A stretch of 31,197 nucleotides of DNA from a virus (taxonomy: Duplodnaviria > Caudoviricetes). The notes below the pieces were generated by a model. That model was not told the origin of the DNA, made no database searches, and saw only the letters and a list, made by a program, of their open reading frames with translations. The DNA lies in IMG/VR virus record IMGVR_UViG_3300044513_003511, positions 1 through 31,197 of that record. One strand, 5' to 3'. Below are positions 8,278 to 16,539 of the stretch, one piece after another. How positions within the stretch are numbered: the stretch's first letter is position 1; every line of letters begins with the position of its first letter. The position numbers and the translations under genes are program-made.

Positions 8278-9299
8278 TGTTCGAAAACAAACACAACTGG
8301 CCATTGGAACATTGGCACATTGAATTATGTTCCAAATGCACACTTAAATGTCCTAGATGTTCAAGGCAGGAAGTACCAGATGGGCTGGTCAACAGGGATC
8401 TCACATTGCAATGGTTTAAGGACAACTTCAAAGGTAAACTGTTATCTGAAGTACGTAAACTTACATTCTGCGGAGATGACGGTGATCCAATCTACGCCAA
8501 GGACCTGCTCAAAGTCTTAGAATGGTTCAGACAGCAAAATAGCAATATACAGTTTGTCATTGTTACAAATGGATCATACAAAACGGAAGAATGGTGGAAA
8601 CAATTAGGTAGCATCTTGAACGAAAATGATCACATACATTTTTCCCTAGATGGATGGGATCAGGAATCCAACGACATTTACAGAGTGAACTGCAACTGGC
8701 AGTCTATTTTACTAGGAATAAGAACACTGCAACAGTCAAAAGTTTTTAAAACATGGGCCGCAATAGCATTTAAATTCAACGAGAACAAGATCGATTCTAT
8801 GAAAGGTCTTGCAAAAGAATTAGGTTTCGATAGTTTTCAACTCACACTGAGTACTAAATTTAATAAAAATTATCCAAGTTATCCTGAGAATGATCCTTTG
8901 CAACCTAGTGACAAGTACATATCTCATGGTAGATTTACTAGGTCGGCATCGAACTTGTCTGGAAGATCATGGACTGACAGTTGCCTAGATCTTTTCACAA
9001 AAAGATTCACGGAAACAGACACTAAACAATCAATTATTCCGTTGTGCATGATTGGCAATAAAGGTTTATACTTAAATGCTGAAGGAAAGTTCTATCCTTG
9101 TTGCTGGACTGCCCTTAGGTACGGACACAACACTGACATATTCACAAATATAGAAGTTGCAAAATCATTAGGAGAAGTGATGGACGATCAAAAATGGCTA
9201 TCACTTTTCAAAGGTATAAAATCAAACAATGCTCCACACGAATGTGTCGAAAAATGTTCAGCAAAGAAATGGAATTTGGATCATGCAACCAGTTGGTAA
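8274..9299 (+). CDS. Radical SAM protein with C-terminal twitch/SPASM domain
   Basis: CTLKCPRC, CGDDGDP, VTNGS, FSLDG; C-terminal C...G.FYPCC...CVEKC. ATGA overlap at 8274. Confidence 0.9.
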   Translation: MMFENKHNWPLEHWHIELCSKCTLKCPRCSRQEVPDGLVNRDLTLQWFKDNFKGKLLSEVRKLTFCGDDGDPIYAKDLLKVLEWFRQQNSNIQFVIVTNGSYKTEEWWKQLGSILNENDHIHFSLDGWDQESNDIYRVNCNWQSILLGIRTLQQSKVFKTWAAIAFKFNENKIDSMKGLAKELGFDSFQLTLSTKFNKNYPSYPENDPLQPSDKYISHGRFTRSASNLSGRSWTDSCLDLFTKRFTETDTKQSIIPLCMIGNKGLYLNAEGKFYPCCWTALRYGHNTDIFTNIEVAKSLGEVMDDQKWLSLFKGIKSNNAPHECVEKCSAKKWNLDHATSW

Positions 9300-9630
9300 A
9301 AAAATGAGAAGCGGACAGAAAAAATTCTACGAAGCGGCAAGAATAAAAAGGATCAGTCCCGGGTTGGACGAAGTGCCAGAAGACTGCGGATACATGCAAC
9401 AGTTTGAGTACAACATTGACATGAACAGCAATGGCATCATGGGCGACTGCATAGACTGGTGCCAAAGGAACTGTGAAGGCAAGTGGGGTTGGTGGTTCGA
9501 ACCAGCGGGCGAGATAGAGAATCCCAAAAACCACTGGGAGGACCAGAACGCCTATATGAGCTTTGAGAGGAAACGAGATGCCACGAGATTCTGGATGTCA
9601 GTTGGAATACAAAACAGTGGAAACAAATAA
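9283..9630 (+). CDS. Hypothetical Trp-rich phage protein
   Basis: DWCQRNCEGKWGWWF...YMSFE..RDA..F; start 9283 or 9304. Confidence 0.7.
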   Translation: MQPVGKKMRSGQKKFYEAARIKRISPGLDEVPEDCGYMQQFEYNIDMNSNGIMGDCIDWCQRNCEGKWGWWFEPAGEIENPKNHWEDQNAYMSFERKRDATRFWMSVGIQNSGNK

Positions 9631-9644
9631 GCATAATTAACAGT

Positions 9645-9980
9645 ATGAAACCATTTGAAATAACAGATGCCGCAAAGGTACAGATAGAGCGACTGCTAGA
9701 AAAGAACCCCGACAAGTATGCGGTCAGCCTGGCAGTGCTGGGTGGCGGTTGTGCAGGATTCAAGTACGAGTGGGGATTCGCAGACACCAAAGAAAATGTC
9801 AGCAGTGGAGACCACTTGGAAGATTGGACTACGGGCAGGTTCGTTGTGGACGAGACCTCGTTGTTGTATGTCATGGGCACCAAGATCGACTGGGTGGAGG
9901 AGACCTTTGGATCACAGTTCGAGATATCCAATCCCAACAGCTCAAGTTCTTGTGGTTGTGGAGAGTCGTTTGGCATATAA
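9645..9980 (+). CDS. A-type Fe-S carrier (HesB/IscA/ErpA)
   Basis: GGGCAGFKY, NPN...CGCGESF. TAATTA promoter variant lies 5 nt upstream. Confidence 0.93.
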   Translation: MKPFEITDAAKVQIERLLEKNPDKYAVSLAVLGGGCAGFKYEWGFADTKENVSSGDHLEDWTTGRFVVDETSLLYVMGTKIDWVEETFGSQFEISNPNSSSSCGCGESFGI

Positions 9981-10723
9981 TGGATACCGCTTTCATAATA
10001 GGCAACGGTGAATCAAGAAATATTTTTCCAATAGACAACCTAAAAGGACATGGTGTGATATATGGATGTAACGCCATATACCGAGACCATCCCATGCTAT
10101 GTGATCACATAGTGGCAGTGAACCCACCTATGTACGAGGAACTGGCCAAATGGCATAACAACGGCAAGGAATCCCTTGCCATACACGGCATAGAAGACGT
10201 CAGCAAATGGAACTATATCTGTGATGGCGACAAGGAGATGGATGTCCCTAAAGGACTCAAGATCTACAGGATATGGCGTGGCGGCAACATGAAGAAAGGC
10301 GGTAGGATCAAGACTGAGGACTTCTCTAACAACAGGGGGTCAGGATGCTCCGCAGTTCTGATGGCGGCAGAATCCGGAATTAAGAATATTGTAATTTTGT
10401 CTTTTGATATATTAGGTGCACAGCAATGGGAGATGACCGAACCTAGTAGGATACAGAACAACATCTACAAAGACACGAACAACTATCCCATGAGGCACAG
10501 CATGAAAGCCTATCTAAAATATGAGTGGATGTATCAACTGAGACAGACGTTCAGGCGATTCCCTGACACCAACTTCCGTTTCATCAACAGGCGGGAATAC
10601 CTCGAGGGCAACACGTTCCTGAGATGGTACTTCGATCAGCCAAATATAAAGTGCGGGATATACGCTGACCTGCAGAGATGGATCACGGGCAGACGCGACG
10701 ACATTAGTTGGATGAAGTTATAG
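9980..10723 (+). CDS. GT29/Maf-like transferase-like protein (paralog of 4322..4957)
   Basis: IIGNGESR, YGCNAIYRD, GSGCSA, ILSFD. True start is ATG 9980 (TAATG overlap), not 9749. Confidence 0.65.
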   Translation: MDTAFIIGNGESRNIFPIDNLKGHGVIYGCNAIYRDHPMLCDHIVAVNPPMYEELAKWHNNGKESLAIHGIEDVSKWNYICDGDKEMDVPKGLKIYRIWRGGNMKKGGRIKTEDFSNNRGSGCSAVLMAAESGIKNIVILSFDILGAQQWEMTEPSRIQNNIYKDTNNYPMRHSMKAYLKYEWMYQLRQTFRRFPDTNFRFINRREYLEGNTFLRWYFDQPNIKCGIYADLQRWITGRRDDISWMKL

Positions 10724-10921
10724 ATCGCAACGGTCACAGAAGTGCTCGTGGCCCTTGTCCATGTGTTCGGGATCTACCCGTGATTTGGGCTTCTTGAAGG
10801 TGTCTCCACAGCGGTCACACTTGAAGATGTACATGACGTTGTTCCTACGCACGGTGTGGCAAACACCTAGTTTGCTCTCCCTCTTGAACAGTTTGAGGGT
10901 CTTCTGCGTCTCTATGAACAT
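10718..10921 (-). CDS. Small Cys4 zinc-ribbon protein (67 aa)
   Basis: MFIETQK...FKCDRCGDTF...HFCDRC; minus-strand TAAATA 5 nt before ATG 10921. Confidence 0.75.
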   Translation of the reverse strand: MFIETQKTLKLFKRESKLGVCHTVRRNNVMYIFKCDRCGDTFKKPKSRVDPEHMDKGHEHFCDRCDL

Positions 10922-10926
10922 ATTGA

Positions 10927-10939
10927 TATTTAATAAATA
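10927..10939. promoter_or_regulatory. Back-to-back late promoters forming the palindrome TATTTA-A-TAAATA
   Basis: Lies between divergent ATGs at 10921 (-) and 10953 (+). Confidence 0.7.
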
Positions 10940-10952
10940 CGCATAACAGATT

Positions 10953-11318
10953 ATGGCTAGATTAACGATAGACACAGGAACAGCAGGCAATCCAGCGACT
11001 GGCGACACTTTACGCACGGCCATGACCAAGGTCAACGCCAATTTCGCGGAGTTGGCCGGCGATCTACAGATGTCAGGCAACACTTTATTGAGTGCTGACA
11101 CCAACGGAAACATCATATTAGATCCAAATGGCACGGGACAAGTACAAGTCAATGCTGACAGATTAGTGATCACAACCACCAAGACACCAACAGCAATAGG
11201 AGCCACGGGTGATGTAGCGGGATCAATCAGTTGGGACGCGACCAACTTGTACATCTGCACTGCCAACTATGATGGTTCAACTGCCATCTGGAAGAAACTA
11301 GTATTACAGGCGATATAA
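10953..11318 (+). CDS. Virion tail/baseplate protein with gp9/gp10-like N-terminus
   Basis: IDTGTAGNPATGDTLRTAMTKVNANFAEL; NGNIILDPNGTGQV repeat; C-terminal G.ISWD...LYICT...WKK. Confidence 0.75.
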   Translation: MARLTIDTGTAGNPATGDTLRTAMTKVNANFAELAGDLQMSGNTLLSADTNGNIILDPNGTGQVQVNADRLVITTTKTPTAIGATGDVAGSISWDATNLYICTANYDGSTAIWKKLVLQAI

Positions 11319-11319
11319 A

Positions 11320-12297
11320 ATGGCGAAACAGACGATTGACCTAGGTACATTGGGCGGTGCCGACGGTACCGGTGACAGCATCAGGACCGCGGGCGCCAAG
11401 ATCAACTCGAACTTCGACGAGATATACGCCAACTCGGCCATGTCATCTCAGATCAGTATCTCGGGCAACAACATCAAAAGCACACAATCCAACGCTGACA
11501 TCTTCCTGGCAGGATCAGGAACTGGCGTGGTTGCGATGCCTAAAGTACTAATAGATTCCAACATTGGTATTACAGATGGCACTATCACAACCAACATAAC
11601 GAATTCAGACCTAGAACTTGCCCCGGCGGGCACTGGCAAGGTATCGATTGGAAGTGCTGACATAAACGGCGGCAACATCGACAACACCATCATAGGTGCC
11701 ACGACCCCGGTGGCTGGCACGTTCACTATCTTGTCATCAGATACCTTAAACGCTGATGGTATCAGCATAACCAATCATGAGATAACCTCTACTTCAGACG
11801 CCGACGTGGAGTTGGAAACAGGTGCCACAGGCAACATCGTTTTCAACGGTTTACAGATTCCCAACACCGACGGAATAGCGGGACAGGTGTTGAAAACAAA
11901 TGGTTCAGGAACTTTATCATTCCAAGGACACTCTTCGCTTTTTGACAATTCATTTATATCGGATGCCACTGCCACTGTGTTGGGCAACAATTCATCGGCG
12001 CAGGTCATAGATTCTTTCAGTGCCTCCACTTACAGGAGCGTGAAATATCACATACAGATATCTGATGCTACAGCGGATAGGTACAGGCTCATAGACGCCA
12101 ATGTTACACATGACGGATCCTCCGCATACATCAGTGTTTTTGGTGGTGTGGACAACGGCGACGGTGATGGATCATCGGTTTATGACACCATAGAGCTCTC
12201 GGCGGACATATCAGGCGGCAATGTTAGGTTGCTAGGAACAGTAAATAACACAAACGATCAGTCTATAAAACTGATCAGGAGGGTTTTGAACGCATAA
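11320..12297 (+). CDS. Virion tail fibre/baseplate protein with gp9/gp10-like N-terminus
   Basis: DGTGDSIRTAGAKINSNFDEIY; N.DL.L...GTG.V repeats; DG.AGQVLKTNGSGTLSF; YRSVKY C-terminal domain. Confidence 0.8.
   Translation: MAKQTIDLGTLGGADGTGDSIRTAGAKINSNFDEIYANSAMSSQISISGNNIKSTQSNADIFLAGSGTGVVAMPKVLIDSNIGITDGTITTNITNSDLELAPAGTGKVSIGSADINGGNIDNTIIGATTPVAGTFTILSSDTLNADGISITNHEITSTSDADVELETGATGNIVFNGLQIPNTDGIAGQVLKTNGSGTLSFQGHSSLFDNSFISDATATVLGNNSSAQVIDSFSASTYRSVKYHIQISDATADRYRLIDANVTHDGSSAYISVFGGVDNGDGDGSSVYDTIELSADISGGNVRLLGTVNNTNDQSIKLIRRVLNA
11596..11726 (+). repeat. 131-bp near-identical direct repeat, copy 1
   Basis: Matches 12570-12700 with 4 mismatches and no gaps. Confidence 0.95.
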
Positions 12298-13265
12298 TGG
12301 TACAACAGACATTGAACATAGGAGCAACGGCCAATGATGGCACAGGTGACACTTTACGTGCGGCCATGGACAAGGTCAACGACAACTTTGACGAGATCTA
12401 TGCCAGTCCCATCATCAGTGATTTCATAACCATCACCGGCAACGAGATCCGGGCCAACAGGTCCAATGATGATCTCGTCCTGGAACCATCGGGAACCGGA
12501 CAGGTCATGATGCCTCAACTTACTGTTGATTCCAACATCAATATCAAAGACAATGTGATCAGCACCCTGATAACGAATTCAGACCTAGAACTTGCCCCGG
12601 CGGGCACGGGCAATGTATTGATTGGAAGTGCTGACATAAATGGCGGCAACATCGACAACACCATCATAGGTGCCACGACCCCGGTGGCTGGCACGTTCAC
12701 CACTTTGACCGCAAACAACTCCGCAACCATAGACGGGGTACTAATACAGGACAACACGATATCGGCAACTACGAATGCTGACCTAGAACTTTCGTCAGCA
12801 GGCTCGGGAACAGTTTCATTGAACGGTTTGAAATTCCCAACAGCGGATGGAACGATCAACCAAGTGCTGAAAACAGACGGAAACGGTAACCTAGGTTTCG
12901 CCACAGCCGCCGCCTCGCTCACCAATTCGGCCATAAATGACGGCACTGCTTCAATAACCACATCCATAACCAGCACGATAGACTCGTTCAGCACGTCCAC
13001 ATACAGAAGCGCCAAGTATTTCATTTCTGTTTCAGATTCCAGCAATGGTAGATTTGAAATAGTGGAGGCCAACGTGGTGCATGGTCCTAGTGCTGACAGC
13101 ACAACCGAGGCATATATCACAGTGTTTGGGTCGACCACGAACCACACCAGTCCTTTACTAACACTCACTGTAGAGATTTCAGATGGTGATGTGATATTGA
13201 AAGGTACCAATAATTCTGTTGGCGACACAAACATCACGTTCCAGAGATGCGTGATAGACTTATAA
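12297..13265 (+). CDS. Virion tail fibre/baseplate protein (paralog of 11320..12297)
   Basis: NIGATANDGTGDTLRAAMDKVNDNFDEIY; same architecture; YRSAKY C-terminal domain. Confidence 0.8.
   Translation: MVQQTLNIGATANDGTGDTLRAAMDKVNDNFDEIYASPIISDFITITGNEIRANRSNDDLVLEPSGTGQVMMPQLTVDSNINIKDNVISTLITNSDLELAPAGTGNVLIGSADINGGNIDNTIIGATTPVAGTFTTLTANNSATIDGVLIQDNTISATTNADLELSSAGSGTVSLNGLKFPTADGTINQVLKTDGNGNLGFATAAASLTNSAINDGTASITTSITSTIDSFSTSTYRSAKYFISVSDSSNGRFEIVEANVVHGPSADSTTEAYITVFGSTTNHTSPLLTLTVEISDGDVILKGTNNSVGDTNITFQRCVIDL
12570..12700 (+). repeat. 131-bp near-identical direct repeat, copy 2
   Basis: Matches 11596-11726 (offset 974 nt). Confidence 0.95.
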
Positions 13266-13280
13266 AGTAGACTTATAAAG
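13255..13280 (+). repeat. 13-bp tandem duplication (TAGACTTATAAAG)x2
   Basis: Read directly from sequence; spans the stop codon; followed by GTAAAATAA twice. Confidence 0.9.
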
Positions 13281-13306
13281 TAAAATAACGTAAAATAAAA
13301 CTTTAG

Positions 13307-13462
13307 ATGAGAAGGAACAACAGAAGACAATCCCATAGGTCACCGCGATCAGAGATAGCCCGGCTGGAGGAACAGCTCAAAAGGACCACGGATCCGGTGG
13401 ATCGCGAGGGCATAAGACAGCACATAGAACACTGGCAACGTGCCCAGAACGACAGGCGCTGA
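13307..13462 (+). CDS. Small Arg-rich hypothetical protein (51 aa); absent from the ORF track
   Basis: MRRNNRRQSHRSPRSEIARLEEQLKRTTDPVDREGIRQHIEHWQRAQNDRR; fills the gap on the coding strand. Confidence 0.6.
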   Translation: MRRNNRRQSHRSPRSEIARLEEQLKRTTDPVDREGIRQHIEHWQRAQNDRR

Positions 13463-13469
13463 TCTCCAA

Positions 13470-13488
13470 TAAATACCCGTGTAAGGAG
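13470..13488 (+). promoter_or_regulatory. Late promoter TAAATA plus SD AAGGAG
   Basis: TAAATA 13470-75, AAGGAG 13483-88, ATG 13497. Confidence 0.75.
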
Positions 13489-13496
13489 TAAGATCA

Positions 13497-15695
13497 ATGG
13501 CAACACCGGTGTGGACAACATCAGCAGGCAAACTGGCCACGTTCAACGAGGACAGTTCGTATTCGCTACAACTGGAGGCGAATGACCCAGTAGCACTAGG
13601 TGATTCAACGGCCATAACTTACTCAGTGATAGCAGGAAGCCTGCCCTCGGGCATGAGGGTAACATCAACGGGCCTACTGACAGGCACCCCGGCCCAGGTT
13701 GCCAAGAGAACTCTTTACACCTTCGTCGTGCGAGCCACGGCCGGAGTCCAGATCACGGACAGGACTTTCTCAATAGACATCGAAGGACAGGATGCACCAA
13801 CGTTCACTACAGCCTCAGGACAACTGCAATTAGATGACAGCACCAGGGTTGGATTATATTGGGTGCTTGATGGTGAGTATGTCAACTTCCAGTTTCAAGC
13901 CACAGACATCGATACTAGAATAGGAGCGAGTCTCAAGTTTGAAATAATCACTGGTGCATTGCCACCGGGATTAATTTTGAGTGAATCAGGACTGTTATCT
14001 GGAACCTGTGAACTGACCGATGACTACTTCGAGGATTCTACAAGACAGATTGCAATGACTTTCCCTATCACTGTTCGAGTCAGTGACGGAACATCGGTAA
14101 CTACACAACAAAATTCTATATATGTCTATTCTGCGGCCTATTGGAATGTAAACAATCCACAGATAACCATAGACATGACAGAAATCAATGGATTTCCTAT
14201 CACGATGGACCACACATCACAGAGGAGACCTGTTTTCACTACTGATAGAGACCTAGGAACCTTTAGGCATGACAACTATCATGTGATCAAAATAGATGTA
14301 GATGATGCGGATTCCACAGGCGGTGACCTAGTCTATTCGTTACAGGCGGGGACATTGCCAGCAGGATTATCGATAGATCCAAATTCAGGCGAGATCTTTG
14401 GTTTCATGAGCAGACAAGGTGATGTAACAAAAGACTATTCTTTCACTATGAGAGTTACGAGGACCATGCCCAGTGGACAGTTAGTGTTCACAGACCAATT
14501 GTTTAATATAACTGTGATCGGAGACATTGACATTGGTATCAAATTCATTACTGATTCTAACTTAGGCACGTTGAAGGCCGACATTCCAAGCACATTGTTC
14601 GTTGAGGCAGAAGCGGAAGAACCTAACAGGGTTCTGTCATATTCGATCACCGGAGGATCATTACCCAATGGGATAACATTATCACCATTAGGGAATCTAG
14701 TGGGAACGATAGATCCAAGTGATTTCACAGATTCCACCCGTAGTTTCTCATTCACAGTGACTGTGAGCGACCAATATCAGACTGCCGCGGCAGTAAGAAC
14801 ATTCAGTGTGACCGTGGACATACCGTACACGACTATAGAATACGGAACACTGCGAGGACATGCAACATCATTCATAGATCAAAACATATTCTACAACATT
14901 GCACAGGATCCGAACATTAACTCACCAGAAGACATATACCGACCAGAGGACCCTAACTTCGGCATGAAATTGAAGCCCGAGATGTTAATGATGGCGGGCA
15001 TCGAGGCACAGACACTGACAACATTCCAGAATCAAATGGAACAGAATCACGCACCCATAACGCTGTGGTTCGGAGACATGAAGACTGCTGTGGCCAAACA
15101 GAATGGTATCACATTGTACGAGGTCATATACATAGACATAGTAGATCCGTTCGTGAACAACGAAGGCACTGCTACCGGTAACACCACCATGAGGCCCAAC
15201 GCTGTGGAGAACATGAGGGACAGGATCAAGGCACTAGGGCACGACGAATGGACATATTTGCCACTGTGGATGAAAACACAGCAGGTAGGACAGCAAGGGC
15301 CATTAGGATTTGTAAAAGCAGTTCCTATTCTTTATTGCAAAGCAGGCACTTCGGCCAAATTGATCAAAAGGATCAAAGATTTAAAGTTGGATTTCAAAAA
15401 TATACAATTCATAATAGACAGATACATCACAAATAGAAACAAGGTCGATCCGCAGACACTGATCGCAGACGGTACTACAAAATCATATGAGTTAAATGAA
15501 ATAGTGCATGAACAAGAAATATTGGTAAAACAAGGTGCCACGACATTGACATATCCAACAGACTTTGAACTGGAACACGACATTAGTGCTGTCAAAACTA
15601 CTATCATACTCAAAGGAAGTACACCTTCCCAAGGAACAATAATAACCGTAGAAAGATCCAACGATAAATACCTAAGATTTAAGGATATAACATAA
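13497..15695 (+). CDS. Virion structural protein with four putative Ig (He_PIG/cadherin-like) repeats
   Basis: Four G.LP.G....G...G repeats (GSLPSGM, GALPPGL, GTLPAGL, GSLPNGI), each followed by an F...V strand; LPLWM C-terminal domain. Confidence 0.8.
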   Translation: MATPVWTTSAGKLATFNEDSSYSLQLEANDPVALGDSTAITYSVIAGSLPSGMRVTSTGLLTGTPAQVAKRTLYTFVVRATAGVQITDRTFSIDIEGQDAPTFTTASGQLQLDDSTRVGLYWVLDGEYVNFQFQATDIDTRIGASLKFEIITGALPPGLILSESGLLSGTCELTDDYFEDSTRQIAMTFPITVRVSDGTSVTTQQNSIYVYSAAYWNVNNPQITIDMTEINGFPITMDHTSQRRPVFTTDRDLGTFRHDNYHVIKIDVDDADSTGGDLVYSLQAGTLPAGLSIDPNSGEIFGFMSRQGDVTKDYSFTMRVTRTMPSGQLVFTDQLFNITVIGDIDIGIKFITDSNLGTLKADIPSTLFVEAEAEEPNRVLSYSITGGSLPNGITLSPLGNLVGTIDPSDFTDSTRSFSFTVTVSDQYQTAAAVRTFSVTVDIPYTTIEYGTLRGHATSFIDQNIFYNIAQDPNINSPEDIYRPEDPNFGMKLKPEMLMMAGIEAQTLTTFQNQMEQNHAPITLWFGDMKTAVAKQNGITLYEVIYIDIVDPFVNNEGTATGNTTMRPNAVENMRDRIKALGHDEWTYLPLWMKTQQVGQQGPLGFVKAVPILYCKAGTSAKLIKRIKDLKLDFKNIQFIIDRYITNRNKVDPQTLIADGTTKSYELNEIVHEQEILVKQGATTLTYPTDFELEHDISAVKTTIILKGSTPSQGTIITVERSNDKYLRFKDIT

Positions 15696-15696
15696 A

Positions 15697-16260
15697 ATGG
15701 CAAGTAAAATAGTACCAGGAAACATAAACGGGACATATCCCACAGCCGGAGAAAATAATAGTTCTCAAGGATTCAGAGATAACTTCACGGCCATCAAGAA
15801 CAATTTCACAGAAGCTCAATCTGAAATAAATGATTTAGATTCAAACAAGGCAAACCTAAACGCCGCGAATGATTTCGCAGGAAACACAATCACGGACGCA
15901 GAGCTCAAGGACAACTCCGAAACTGTGTTCGCACATGGTTCTATAGCAGATACTATCACATTGAATCATGAGAACGGGCACTATCAGACACTAACAACAA
16001 CAGACACAATAACATTGGCTTTCCTAAACTTTCCAACAACCGGTAAGTTAGGTAGGATCATACTGGATGTGACTGTGGCATCAACGGCACACACGATAAC
16101 AATTCCATCTAATGTTTTAGTCTCTAGTAACCTGTCAGGCGGTGACGGCAGTTCAGACACAATCACTGTGCCCACTTCAGGCAGATACCTGTACGAGTTC
16201 ATGAGTCCAGATGGTGGCACAACAATACTGATGCACCAATTGGGCAACAACTACATCTAA
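15697..16260 (+). CDS. Probable virion structural protein
   Basis: YPTAGENNSSQGFRDNF..IK.NF coiled N-terminus with a Thr-rich beta C-terminus; structural context. Confidence 0.65.
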   Translation: MASKIVPGNINGTYPTAGENNSSQGFRDNFTAIKNNFTEAQSEINDLDSNKANLNAANDFAGNTITDAELKDNSETVFAHGSIADTITLNHENGHYQTLTTTDTITLAFLNFPTTGKLGRIILDVTVASTAHTITIPSNVLVSSNLSGGDGSSDTITVPTSGRYLYEFMSPDGGTTILMHQLGNNYI

Positions 16261-16272
16261 TAGGAGGTAGGA

Positions 16273-16527
16273 ATGTATTTCCATCCACTACAAGAAGAGA
16301 TAGCAAACATGAGCGAGGAGGACATCTCTAAGAGGATAAAAGAACTTTCACGTAAGGTGGGGACGGCTAGAAGATTTGGCAGGAACCCGGAGATGCTGGC
16401 ACAACTGCAACACGCACTCGCCACATACCAGAACGCCATCAGGGAGAGACGACTCGAGGAGTGGCACAAGAACAACAAGAAGTTAAGGAACGAACCAGAT
16501 ATCGGAGACCTCATCAACATCGACTAG
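16273..16527 (+). CDS. Hypothetical helical protein
   Basis: AGGAGG SD; 84-aa ORF. Confidence 0.8.
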   Translation: MYFHPLQEEIANMSEEDISKRIKELSRKVGTARRFGRNPEMLAQLQHALATYQNAIRERRLEEWHKNNKKLRNEPDIGDLINID

Positions 16528-16539
16528 TAAGTAAACTAG

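Noticed and set aside
8274-9299. QueE identity for the radical SAM gene near queD
   Set aside because: Lacks the QGEG...G..FIR motif and carries a twitch domain.
9749-9979. N-terminal extensions in the ORF track (9749, 24902, 8253, 6429, 23638, 637)
   Set aside because: They overlap upstream genes or promoters; downstream starts fit coupling or promoter spacing better.
11596-12700. DGR template/variable repeat pair
   Set aside because: Mismatches are T/G, G/T, C/T and C/T, not adenine-specific on the coding strand; both copies are mid-gene; no reverse transcriptase in the window.
12515-13336. Long antisense ORFs (also 9437..9976, 29950..30453 and the 5' part of 10718..11266)
   Set aside because: They mirror well-supported + strand genes and have no motifs or initiation signals.
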